Source of the DNA: Candidatus Levyibacteriota bacterium
Lineage (GTDB): Bacteria > Patescibacteriota > Microgenomatia > Levybacterales > UBA12049
Direction: 5' to 3'
DNA length: 64,000 nucleotides
Assembly: GCA_003173895.1 (NCBI GenBank)
Contig: PJMG01000021.1
Coordinates: 12,274 to 76,273, forward strand
Made by a program: the position numbers and the translations under genes. Below the pieces are notes generated by a model that was not told the DNA's origin, searched no databases, and saw only the letters and a program-made list of their open reading frames with translations. Shown in pieces: positions 38,263 through 47,403 of this stretch; the stretch's first letter is position 1, and every line of letters begins with the position of its first letter.

Positions 38263-39767
38263 AAAATATTCAAAAAATTGTTAGTATTATATTTTTTTTA
38301 TGGAGCATATTTTATTTTCTAAAAGTTTGGCTTGAAAATTATCAATTAAAATTTAATTTGGATCTTTTTGATGGATCTTTAAGGCTAATTTCTGGGCTTT
38401 ACGCATCAAATAACTTCATTGCCTATAAAGATTTTTCCTTTGTTTATCCACCAGGATTAGTGATTTTAAGTCAAATATTTCATATAAATAGTTATTCGTA
38501 TTATCAAATTTTCGCACTTATTTTCCTAACTATTACAATTATCTTTGTTTGGTTTTTAGCAATTAAAGCTAAATCCTTATTTTTTATTAGCAGCCTAATT
38601 TTTATTTTGAGTCTTAATATTAATCTTTTATCAGACCCTTTTATAGAAATATTATGGTTATTTTTAATAGCACTTATTTATTTTTTCTTAAAAGGAAATA
38701 ATAATAGATATTTAATTTTTATATATTTTATAGAAATTGCTATTTTATTTTTAAAGTGGGAAAGAATAATAATAACTTTACTTCTACTAAATATTTATTT
38801 AGCTGCTTCTTTTGTTTTAAGAAAAGTGGATAAGAAAATTATTAATTTAATTCTTATTTCTTTTTGCTCAATTTTTACATCAATATTTTTGTTTTATCTT
38901 TATTGTTCTTTTGAAAAAATAGATATTAAAAATGCATTATATTTTATAATTATTGTTCCAATAAAAATATTACCATTTAGAAAATTACCATTACCACAAA
39001 TAAATTTAATACATAATTTCCATGCGCAAATAATTTATTTCTGTTTTTTTATTTTAGCTTTTTTATTAATTTATTTAATATTGTTTTTGAAAAATTCAAA
39101 GCAAAATATAATTGATTTTTTAGATAATAATAGCTATCTAGTTTTATTTTTTGTAGTGTTATTTCCTGTTTTGATCTATTCATTAGGTCGATCAGATTTA
39201 GGTCATACATTTCCACTCTTTTTTACATTATTACTAATAATTTTACTTATAAATTTATCAAATAAGAGAATTATTCCAATTGTTTTTTTGTCTTTAATAT
39301 ATATGTTTTTGTATTTTAACATTTTTAAAAACACATTTTATTTTTTACCTAATACTGTTTACATAAATAAAGTAAATTCAGATCTAACCTCTTGTAAGCT
39401 TTTAATTAAAAATAAAAACTATAAAACTATTTTTGTAGGTAGATCCCTATACACAAATTACATAATAAATTATGCTTATCTTTATCTAATTAATCCTAAA
39501 ATAAAACCTGCTAGTCAGTATATAAGCGATGAACCCGGATTACAAAATAACTGTTATGACGGAGAAAAAATTGCACAAGAATTAAAAATAGCTAAAAAAC
39601 CGATGCTGGTTTTTTTAGATAATTATCCCCAATGGAAGGAACCAAATAATTCTTCTAATATGAATTCTTGTGGTAATATAGAAAATTGGGTAAATAAAAA
39701 CAAATTTGAAAGAATTGGTATATGCTCGGTACAAGATAGAAAATTTGAAGTTAGAATTTATAAATAA
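38250..39767 (+). CDS. polytopic membrane protein, hypothetical (possibly Wzy-like polymerase)
   Basis: 505 aa with ~12 TM helices and a ~110-aa C-terminal soluble region. Its start lies inside the remnant repeat. Confidence 0.35.
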   Translation: MLKAKNIQKIVSIIFFLWSIFYFLKVWLENYQLKFNLDLFDGSLRLISGLYASNNFIAYKDFSFVYPPGLVILSQIFHINSYSYYQIFALIFLTITIIFVWFLAIKAKSLFFISSLIFILSLNINLLSDPFIEILWLFLIALIYFFLKGNNNRYLIFIYFIEIAILFLKWERIIITLLLLNIYLAASFVLRKVDKKIINLILISFCSIFTSIFLFYLYCSFEKIDIKNALYFIIIVPIKILPFRKLPLPQINLIHNFHAQIIYFCFFILAFLLIYLILFLKNSKQNIIDFLDNNSYLVLFFVVLFPVLIYSLGRSDLGHTFPLFFTLLLIILLINLSNKRIIPIVFLSLIYMFLYFNIFKNTFYFLPNTVYINKVNSDLTSCKLLIKNKNYKTIFVGRSLYTNYIINYAYLYLINPKIKPASQYISDEPGLQNNCYDGEKIAQELKIAKKPMLVFLDNYPQWKEPNNSSNMNSCGNIENWVNKNKFERIGICSVQDRKFEVRIYK

Positions 39768-39796
39768 TTGGGTATAATTTAAAATGTTATAGAATT

Positions 39797-40870
39797 ATGA
39801 ATAAAATGATCACAAAAGAAAATAATTTTTATAAAAATAAAAAAATTCTAGTAACCGGAGGAGCAGGATTTATAGGATCAGCCTTAGTTGATAGTTTAAT
39901 CCAAAAAGGCGCAATAATTACAATAGGAGATAATTTATCTTCAGGAAGTTTAAATAATATTTTGAGAGTTTGGAAGAAAAATAATCTAAAGTTTAAAAAA
40001 ACTTCCTATGGTTATCTTACTGAAAATAGTCATAAGTTTGTATTAACAGATTTAGAAGAATTTAATTCTGCTCTCAAAATTACTAAGAATCAAGAAATAA
40101 TTTTTCATTTAGCAGCTAATATTGGTGGGCGAGGATATATAGATACTCACCCCGCTGATTGTTGTGAAGGTTTTTCTATTAATCAAAATGTCATTAAAGC
40201 CGCACATTTAGCAGGCGTCGATCGCGTACTTTTCGCTTCTTCCGCTTGTGTGTATCCTGAAGATTTACAAAAAAATTATAACTCTAAATATCTCTTAAAG
40301 GAAGACGATGCTTTTAAAAAAAATTGGGGCAATGCTGATCGTGAGTATGGATGGGCTAAATTAATGGGTGAAATAACTCTGAAAGCATATAATCAACAGT
40401 ATGGTTTAAAAGGTGTAAGCACACGATATGTGACAGCATTTGGTCCATGGGAAAATGATACTCATGCGATAATTGCTTTAATTAGACGTGCAGTTGAAAA
40501 AAAAGATCCGTATATAATTTGGGGCAGTGGTAAACAAGATAGAGATTTTACTTATATAGATGATATTATTTCTGGAACACTTTTGGCTTGTGAAAAAATT
40601 ACAGATTGTGACGCTATAAATTTAGGGACTGGAGTTCGTTATACTATGTTGGAAACTGTTGAAACAATATTCAATATATTGAATTGGAAACCTAAAAAAA
40701 TAATATTTGATAAAACTAAGCCCGAAGGAGTTAAAACACGCGCTTTAAATATTGTTAAAGCAAAGAAATTACTTAATTGGAAGCCAAAATTTGATTTAAG
40801 GGAGGGGCTAGAAAGAACTATTGATTGGTTTATAAGAGAGAATCCTCTTTCTGTTGAGACTCTAAAATAG
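39797..40870 (+). CDS. NAD-dependent nucleotide-sugar epimerase/dehydratase (extended SDR)
   Basis: Carries KKILVTGGAGFIGSALV...GDNLSSGS, catalytic YGWAKLMGE (YxxxK) and ASSACVYPE. 357 aa. Confidence 0.7.
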   Translation: MNKMITKENNFYKNKKILVTGGAGFIGSALVDSLIQKGAIITIGDNLSSGSLNNILRVWKKNNLKFKKTSYGYLTENSHKFVLTDLEEFNSALKITKNQEIIFHLAANIGGRGYIDTHPADCCEGFSINQNVIKAAHLAGVDRVLFASSACVYPEDLQKNYNSKYLLKEDDAFKKNWGNADREYGWAKLMGEITLKAYNQQYGLKGVSTRYVTAFGPWENDTHAIIALIRRAVEKKDPYIIWGSGKQDRDFTYIDDIISGTLLACEKITDCDAINLGTGVRYTMLETVETIFNILNWKPKKIIFDKTKPEGVKTRALNIVKAKKLLNWKPKFDLREGLERTIDWFIRENPLSVETLK

Positions 40871-41566
40871 ATGATTAAATTAAATATAATTCTCCCAGTT
40901 TTTAATGAAAAAAATAGTATAGAAAAAGTTCTTCAAGAATGGAAAAAGGAATTAGATAAAGAAAAAATTTCATATAAATTTATTATTTGTGAAGATGGTT
41001 CTACAGATGGAACTAAAGGTTTATTATTAAAACTTTTTAAAAAATATCCATTAACATTAAATCAAAAAGAAAAAAGGCGAGGCTATGGTGGAGCGGTTAT
41101 AGATGGTATTAAAGAGGCCAAATCAGAATATATTTTGTGTGTAGATTCTGATGGACAATGTGATCCAAAAGATTTTTCCAAATTTTGGAAAAGAAAAAAT
41201 AATGCTAAAGTTCTAATTGGATGGAGAACAAAAAGAGCTGATAATTTACAAAGAAAAATATTCTCTAAAACATTTATGCTAGGTTTTAAATTATTATTTC
41301 CAAATAAAATCCATGATCCGAGTGCTCCTTTTGTATTATTTAAAAAAGAAATTATAAAACCTTATTTAAATTATTTAAATTTCTTAAAAGAAGGTTTTTG
41401 GTGGGGATTTATTGGTACATGTATAAAAAATAAATTATCAATTATAGAAATTCCTATAAATCATCGAGAGAGAATTGATGGAAATACCCAAGTTTATCAT
41501 CTTAAAAAAATACCATCTATTGCCTTTAATAATTTTATTGGTTTAATAAAATTAAGGATTGCTTGA
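40871..41566 (+). CDS. GT2 polyprenol-phosphate sugar synthase (DPM1/GtrB-like, no C-terminal TM)
   Basis: Carries LNIILPVFNEKNSIEKV...ICEDGSTDGT and a VDSDGQCDP DxD region, typical of dolichol/undecaprenol-phosphate glycosyltransferases. Confidence 0.62.
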   Translation: MIKLNIILPVFNEKNSIEKVLQEWKKELDKEKISYKFIICEDGSTDGTKGLLLKLFKKYPLTLNQKEKRRGYGGAVIDGIKEAKSEYILCVDSDGQCDPKDFSKFWKRKNNAKVLIGWRTKRADNLQRKIFSKTFMLGFKLLFPNKIHDPSAPFVLFKKEIIKPYLNYLNFLKEGFWWGFIGTCIKNKLSIIEIPINHRERIDGNTQVYHLKKIPSIAFNNFIGLIKLRIA

Positions 41567-41578
41567 TATAATGGAACT

Positions 41579-43534
41579 ATGCTTTTATTAAATTTTATTT
41601 TATTTCTAATTGTTACTTTCTTACTTTTATATCCTATAGGTAATTTGTTATTAACACTTACTAAATTTGATTTAAGTAGTAAACAAAAAACTCTAGCATC
41701 TATTCCAATAGGAGTTGTTTCATTTATTTTAATAAATTACGTTTTTGCTTATTTACAATTACCATTTATAGCCCTATTAATTTTTGGATTAATTATATGT
41801 TATGGATTTTTTTATAAAAGAGAGATATTTAAGGTTGATTTTCATGATTTTGATAAATTAAGTCTAATAATTATTATTTTAGGTACTATAGCTTTTACCT
41901 CTTTAACATTCTATTCCAGTTTAATAACTAAAACAGGTACCAATTTTATTGGTGTAAATCATGTGGACGGATTTGTGCATTTAGCTCTAATGAAAAGTGA
42001 AGCCAAAGGAATTCCTGCCCAACTTCCTAGCTTAAATGGTAACATTCTCCGTGGCTACCATTATTTTTATGATTTTTTTGGGAGTCGTTTTATTTTATTT
42101 TTTAATCTTACTGCAGAAGATTTACAATTCAGATTTTTACCTATTTTCATGGGACTTTTTTATGGTTTAAGTATTTATCTATTTTTAGACGAAAAAAATG
42201 TAATAGTTAAAAGACTAGCTCTATTTTTCGTATACTTCGGACAAGGTTTTACATTTCTTTGGTTTTTCTTTTCTAAAACTCCTAATCTTTTTTATACTGC
42301 TGATATTCCTCAATCTATTCAATTAATCCAAGATCCTTCTGTAGTATTATCCTTAAGTATATTTTTTATTGCATTTTTTCTTCTAACTAAGATAAAAAAT
42401 ATCAAACAAGCTATCTTAATAGGTTGTGCTTTAGGGATTTTAGCGGAAATTAAAGTTTATGCAGGAATTATAGGTATTTTAGTTGTATGTTCATATTGTT
42501 TTATAAAATTTATATTAGAAAAGAAAAATTTATTTTACTACATTTTTACACTATTTATTACGGCTCTTATTACTGCTATAACCTTTTTACCTAATAATTT
42601 AGGTACAGTGAAGCTAATTTTCGCGCCATTTTTAATTTATAACCAATTTATTTCCCAAACACCTTTTGAATTTATAAAATGGCAATTACTATTACAAGTT
42701 TATACTCAATATCATAATATTCCCAGAATTATCCAATTATATTTAGAAGCATTTTTATTATTTTGGGTAGAAGCATTAGGTTTAAGAGTTCTAGTTTTAT
42801 TAGGAATATTTAAGATTTTTACTAAAAATTTTTGGAGGGATGATATTAAATTAATCCTTTCATTTTCAATATTTTTTTCTATTCTAATTCCTAGCCTTTT
42901 TATTCAAAACGTTTCTGTATTTGATATTTTACAATTTACGTGGGTTAGTTTAGTATTCTTTGGAATTTTAGCAGCATTTGTCTTTAATTATCTTTTAAGT
43001 AAGCTTAATAGAATTTTTAAAATTATTCTAATTATTTTAATAATTATTTGTTCTATACCAGGTCTATTAAATGTGGAGGATGGTATTTTTATAAATCCTT
43101 CTAATATGTATTTTACCTCTTCAGATTTAAAAGTAATCCAAACCATTAAAGATAATACTTCTCCCTATGGTTTTTTAGTAGATATTCCTCATGGAGATAT
43201 AGAAAATAAGACATTCTTTGATAGAACTGATTTAATATTGGAACGTGGTCCATTAGTTTCTGGTCTTACAGGTAGAAATACATATTATGAAAAAGCCATT
43301 TTAAAATATGGATTTCTACAACCTATTTATAGTAAAAGAAAAGGTGATTTAACAGAATTAGCTAATGATCTATTAAACTGTAATAACAATGCTATTGAAA
43401 ATAAACTTAAGCAAATAGGGAGCTTTGACGTTACCAGTTATGAATATTTTAACTGCGCTAATAACAATCCCTATATATTGAAATTGGCAAAAGGCAACAA
43501 TCTCTTTTACTACAAATTTAAAACTATTGAATAA
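41579..43534 (+). CDS. large polytopic membrane protein, putative GT-C glycosyltransferase
   Basis: 651 aa. It has ~13 TM helices and a ~150-aa C-terminal extracytoplasmic domain, and is flanked by two polyprenol-phosphate GT2 genes. Confidence 0.4.
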   Translation: MLLLNFILFLIVTFLLLYPIGNLLLTLTKFDLSSKQKTLASIPIGVVSFILINYVFAYLQLPFIALLIFGLIICYGFFYKREIFKVDFHDFDKLSLIIIILGTIAFTSLTFYSSLITKTGTNFIGVNHVDGFVHLALMKSEAKGIPAQLPSLNGNILRGYHYFYDFFGSRFILFFNLTAEDLQFRFLPIFMGLFYGLSIYLFLDEKNVIVKRLALFFVYFGQGFTFLWFFFSKTPNLFYTADIPQSIQLIQDPSVVLSLSIFFIAFFLLTKIKNIKQAILIGCALGILAEIKVYAGIIGILVVCSYCFIKFILEKKNLFYYIFTLFITALITAITFLPNNLGTVKLIFAPFLIYNQFISQTPFEFIKWQLLLQVYTQYHNIPRIIQLYLEAFLLFWVEALGLRVLVLLGIFKIFTKNFWRDDIKLILSFSIFFSILIPSLFIQNVSVFDILQFTWVSLVFFGILAAFVFNYLLSKLNRIFKIILIILIIICSIPGLLNVEDGIFINPSNMYFTSSDLKVIQTIKDNTSPYGFLVDIPHGDIENKTFFDRTDLILERGPLVSGLTGRNTYYEKAILKYGFLQPIYSKRKGDLTELANDLLNCNNNAIENKLKQIGSFDVTSYEYFNCANNNPYILKLAKGNNLFYYKFKTIE

Positions 43535-43608
43535 TTCAGAAAGATTTAAGTTTTAGTAAGCTATTATAGATTTTGACTCTGGTCTATTTTGTTGTAAAAT
43601 CTAATAAA

Positions 43609-44544
43609 ATGATAAGTTTAATAATTCCAGTTTTAAATGAAGAAGAAAATATAAAGAATCTTCATGGAGAAATATTTAAAATTTTAGATAGCTTAAAAGA
43701 AAATTATGAAGTCATTTATATTGATGATGGATCTACCGATAATTCTCTTCCTCTCTTAAAAGAGGAAGAATTAAAAAATAAAAAAATAAGAATTTTTTCC
43801 TTTAGAAGATCACGTGGAAAATCAGAAGCATTAACTTTAGGATTTAAAAAAGCGAAAGGAGACATTATTATTACACTAGATGCAGATTTACAAGATGATC
43901 CTAAAGCTATTCCACAAATGATTGAAATCTTAAAAAAAGGATATGATTGTGTTTGCGGATGGAGAAAAGATAGAAAAGATAAACCTCTTACTATTTATTC
44001 TTCTAAATTTTTTAATTGGGTGTCAGGTAAATTTTGGAGAGTAGAAGTACACGATTTTAACTGTGGTCTTAAAGTTTATACTAAAGAAGCTGCTAAAAGT
44101 CTTACTTTATATGGTGGAATGCATAGATTTATCCCACTTCTTTTACAAAATGAAGGTTTTAAACTCACAGAATTACCCATTAATCACCAAAAAAGAAAAT
44201 TCGGTAAATCTAAATATGGCGTCTCTAAAATTTTTAAAGACTTACCTGATATGTTTACTATTTTATTTTTAAGTACATATAGTGAAAGACCATCACACTT
44301 TTTTTCCGCTGTCGGAGGAATTTTTAGTTTAGTTGGTTTTATTTTTCTACTATATTTAAGTATTATGCACTGGTTTTATAATCAAAGAATTGGTACCCGT
44401 CCACTTTGGTCAGTAGGAGTTCTATTCGTTTTAATAGGTTTGCAAACAATTTTTACTGGATTCTTAGCTGATTTAATGATTAATATTTATCATGAAAGAA
44501 GAGAAGAAAAAGACTTTGATAATAAAATAAAGTATCATAACTGA
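43609..44544 (+). CDS. GT2 polyprenol-phosphate glycosyltransferase with C-terminal TM pair (GtrB/ArnC-like)
   Basis: Carries ISLIIPVLNEEENI...VIYIDDGSTDNS...ITLDADLQDDP plus two C-terminal TM helices. The ATG at 43609 is preferred over the TTG at 43573. Confidence 0.7.
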   Translation: MISLIIPVLNEEENIKNLHGEIFKILDSLKENYEVIYIDDGSTDNSLPLLKEEELKNKKIRIFSFRRSRGKSEALTLGFKKAKGDIIITLDADLQDDPKAIPQMIEILKKGYDCVCGWRKDRKDKPLTIYSSKFFNWVSGKFWRVEVHDFNCGLKVYTKEAAKSLTLYGGMHRFIPLLLQNEGFKLTELPINHQKRKFGKSKYGVSKIFKDLPDMFTILFLSTYSERPSHFFSAVGGIFSLVGFIFLLYLSIMHWFYNQRIGTRPLWSVGVLFVLIGLQTIFTGFLADLMINIYHERREEKDFDNKIKYHN

Positions 44545-44550
44545 TTTATT

Positions 44551-45114
44551 ATGAAAATTGGAATTGATGTTTCTCAGTTGGCATATGAAAATACTGGAGT
44601 AGCGAATTATCTAAAAAGTTTGACTGAAACTTTATTAAAGATTGATCAAAAAAATGAATATATTTTGTTTTTCTCAAGTCTAAGAAGAAAATTTCCAATT
44701 GCCAATTTTTACAATTCTAATTTCAAACTCAAAACATTCAGATTTCCACCCATATTGCTTGATTTTTTATGGAATAAATTACATATCTTACCCATCGAAA
44801 ATTTAATTGGAAATGTAGATATCTTTATAACGTCTGATTGGGTAGAACCACCTGCTAAAAAGGCCAGAAAAGCTACTATTATTTATGATTTAATAGTTTA
44901 TAAATACCCTGAAGAATCACATAATCAATTTAGCTTTAATTGGAAAAATTTATTAATTAAACCCAACATTGTTGCTTCACAAAAAAGAAAATTAAAATGG
45001 GTTAAAAAAGAAACTGATTTAATCTTTGCTATTTCTAAGGCTACCAAAAATGATATAGTTGATATATTAAAAATTCCAGAAGAAAAAATAGAGATAATTT
45101 ATCCAGGTGTCTAA
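44551..45114 (+). CDS. GT4 glycosyltransferase N-terminal domain only (truncated; probable gene remnant)
   Basis: MKIGIDVSQLAYENTGVANYLKSL... aligns to the N-domains of the GT4 genes at 15695, 45678 and 53796. It stops at ...IIYPGV*, before any Glycos_transf_1 domain. Confidence 0.5.
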   Translation: MKIGIDVSQLAYENTGVANYLKSLTETLLKIDQKNEYILFFSSLRRKFPIANFYNSNFKLKTFRFPPILLDFLWNKLHILPIENLIGNVDIFITSDWVEPPAKKARKATIIYDLIVYKYPEESHNQFSFNWKNLLIKPNIVASQKRKLKWVKKETDLIFAISKATKNDIVDILKIPEEKIEIIYPGV

Positions 45115-45139
45115 CTTCTAACATCACAGCCTATAATAA

Positions 45140-45168
45140 TTGACTTCCCTCACTAATCGTCCTATAAT
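45140..45168 (+). promoter_or_regulatory. near-consensus sigma70 promoter TTGACT-N17-TATAAT; predicted TSS at the ATG of the 45175 ORF (leaderless)
   Basis: -35 TTGACT is at 45140-45145, the spacer is exactly 17 nt, and -10 TATAAT is at 45163-45168. The ATG is at 45175 with no Shine-Dalgarno sequence. Confidence 0.5.
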
Positions 45169-45174
45169 TATATT

Positions 45175-45627
45175 ATGCTTCCTGAATTTGATAATACAAC
45201 TGTAGCTATTCCTACTGTCCATATAGAAGCTCAACTATCTCTTCAACAAAAGATAGAAATAATTGAAAGAAAAAGAGCTGAAAATAAAGGGGGAATGCAT
45301 ATTATAGAAGATAATGGACTAGTAGATCCTTCTATATTAAATGAACATAGTATGATAGCTAGAATAAAAATAGCAGGTTTTAATGGTATTGAATATAATA
45401 TAGTAACTGATGGTTTAAGTTGTGAAATATATGGTTTTGATCCATTAACAGGAAGGCATTTTACTGAAACCAACAACTCTGTCGAATTAGGTCTTGTTAT
45501 TCGTAAGCAACCATTGAATTTTAGCTTAAAACCGGAATTTGAGTCTAATTTAATTGAAGCTGGCGTAGTTAATGCTACGTTTCCTCAGGGTATAGTACTT
45601 AAAATGAGTGTTGGTTCATATAAATAA
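45175..45627 (+). CDS. hypothetical soluble protein (150 aa), no recognised domain
   Basis: An intact ORF directly behind the consensus promoter. It has no TM segments and its composition is less Lys/Ile-rich than its neighbours. Confidence 0.4.
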   Translation: MLPEFDNTTVAIPTVHIEAQLSLQQKIEIIERKRAENKGGMHIIEDNGLVDPSILNEHSMIARIKIAGFNGIEYNIVTDGLSCEIYGFDPLTGRHFTETNNSVELGLVIRKQPLNFSLKPEFESNLIEAGVVNATFPQGIVLKMSVGSYK

Positions 45628-45677
45628 ACTAAGCTCCTCTCTGGTAAGTAGCCTCTTTATCTTGTTATACTAACTAT

Positions 45678-46832
45678 ATGTTAATCGGTATTGATGGAAA
45701 TGAAGCTAATGTGGAAAAAAGAGTAGGGATAAGCGAGTACTCCTTTGAACTTTTGAAGCAATTCAATAGATATGAAACGCCTAATATTAAATATCAGATT
45801 TATTTGAAAGAAAAACCTTTAGATCACATGCCAAAAGAGAGTGAAAATTGGCAGTACAAAATTGTATCTCCGAAAAAACTCTGGACTCAGATTGGTTTAC
45901 CTATTTATTTATTTACACATTTTCCCCGCCCTGACATTTTTTTAAGTCTTACCCATTATGCTCCACGTTTCTCACCAGTTCCTACGGCCATCGCTATTAT
46001 GGATTTAGCCTATTTAAGATTTCCTGAAATGTTTAAGGAGAGGGATTTATATCAACTAAAAAACTGGACAGCTTATTCAGCTAAAAGTGCTAGTTTGATT
46101 TTTACAATTAGTAATAGTTCTAAAGATGATATAATTAAATTCTATAATATCAATCCTAAAAAAATTATCGTTACATATCTTGGGATTAAAAATGAATTAG
46201 GAAGTATGAATCCCGCCGACGCTAAAGCTATAGCGGGCAAGAATGAATTAAGTATGAAATTTGAGGATGTTAAAAATAAATATAAAATTTCCGATAAATT
46301 TATATTATTTGTCGGTACACTTCAGCCTAGGAAAAATATAGTTAGTCTTATCGAAGCATTTTCACTCTTAAAAGAAGAGGATTTAAATTTAGTTATAGTG
46401 GGTAGAAAAGGGTGGCTATACGAAGAAATACTAGCAGCGCCAGAAAAATTTGGAGTAGAAAAAAATGTAAAATTTTTAGACTTTGTGCCTGATGATGAAT
46501 TAAACGTTTTATATAAAAATGCCATTTGTTACTGTTTACCTAGTCTTTATGAAGGATTTGGCCTCCCTGTTTTAGAAGCTATGCAAAGAGGTTGTCCAGT
46601 GTTAACCAGCAATGTTAGTAGTCTTCCCGAAGCTGGAGGAAACGCTGCATTATATTTTGACCCAAACAAATCAGAAGATATAGCTAAAAAACTGGAAATA
46701 ATAATTAAAGATAAAAAATTGCGTTATGAAATGATAAAAAAAGGTTATGAACAAATTAAAAAATTTAGTTGGGAAAAAACAGCTAAGCAAACACTTGATG
46801 CATTAATAAATTTAGGAGAAAATAATAAATAA
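45678..46832 (+). CDS. GT4 family glycosyltransferase
   Basis: Carries EGFGLPVLEAMQRGCPVLTSNVSSLPEAGG and FILFVGTLQPRKN. Confidence 0.8.
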   Translation: MLIGIDGNEANVEKRVGISEYSFELLKQFNRYETPNIKYQIYLKEKPLDHMPKESENWQYKIVSPKKLWTQIGLPIYLFTHFPRPDIFLSLTHYAPRFSPVPTAIAIMDLAYLRFPEMFKERDLYQLKNWTAYSAKSASLIFTISNSSKDDIIKFYNINPKKIIVTYLGIKNELGSMNPADAKAIAGKNELSMKFEDVKNKYKISDKFILFVGTLQPRKNIVSLIEAFSLLKEEDLNLVIVGRKGWLYEEILAAPEKFGVEKNVKFLDFVPDDELNVLYKNAICYCLPSLYEGFGLPVLEAMQRGCPVLTSNVSSLPEAGGNAALYFDPNKSEDIAKKLEIIIKDKKLRYEMIKKGYEQIKKFSWEKTAKQTLDALINLGENNK

Positions 46833-47402
46833 TTGCATTTTTATTTTATGACAAAAAAAATTCTAAATAGAATTAAAACTATTTGGTTAGAACTTATTAA
46901 TTTAAAATTAATTTGCACGGGTTACGTACCAATTCATCATTATAGAAGGTTTATTTATAGATTATTTGGTATAAAAATTGGTAAAGGGTCGACTATTCAT
47001 ACCAGAGCTGTTTTTTATAATATTTCTAATATTAAAATTGGTGAAGATACTATCATAGGTGAAGGTGCTGTTTTAGATGGGAGAGCTAATTTAACTATTG
47101 GCAATCATGTGGATATTGCATCAGAGGTAATGATCTATAATGGTCAACATGATATCAATGATGAAAATTTTAAAGCTACGTTTGCCCCTGTTGAAATAGA
47201 AGATTATGTGTTTATGGGTCCACGGGCTATTATTCTGCCTGGAGTAAAAGTTGGTAGGGGAGCAGTTATTGGCGCTGGAGCAGTAGTAACAAAAGATGTT
47301 GAGGAATTATCTATTGTGGGAGGAATTCCTGCAAAAGAAATAGGTAATAGGAAAATCGGAAAACTAAATTATAAACTCGGTCGCGCTGCTTGGTTTAGAT
47401 AA
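46833..47402 (+). CDS. hexapeptide-repeat (left-handed beta-helix) acetyltransferase
   Basis: Carries repeats of the [LIV]GxxxxI type (IGEGAVLDGRANLTIGNHVDIASEV...GPRAIILPGVKVGRGAVIGAGAVV), as in WbbJ/LacA/CysE-family sugar O-acetyltransferases. Confidence 0.75.
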   Translation: MHFYFMTKKILNRIKTIWLELINLKLICTGYVPIHHYRRFIYRLFGIKIGKGSTIHTRAVFYNISNIKIGEDTIIGEGAVLDGRANLTIGNHVDIASEVMIYNGQHDINDENFKATFAPVEIEDYVFMGPRAIILPGVKVGRGAVIGAGAVVTKDVEELSIVGGIPAKEIGNRKIGKLNYKLGRAAWFR

Positions 47403-47403
47403 T

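Noticed and set aside
43573-43608. TTG-initiated N-terminal extensions in the ORF track (43573 for the GT2 gene; likewise 56026 for the manC-like gene and 192 for the first partial gene).
   Set aside because: Downstream in-frame ATGs (43609, 56038) give canonical N-termini (MISLIIPVLNE..., MKIVLFAGGVGSRL...). The extensions add non-conserved residues and overlap promoter-like sequence. The first ORF is simply open to the window edge.
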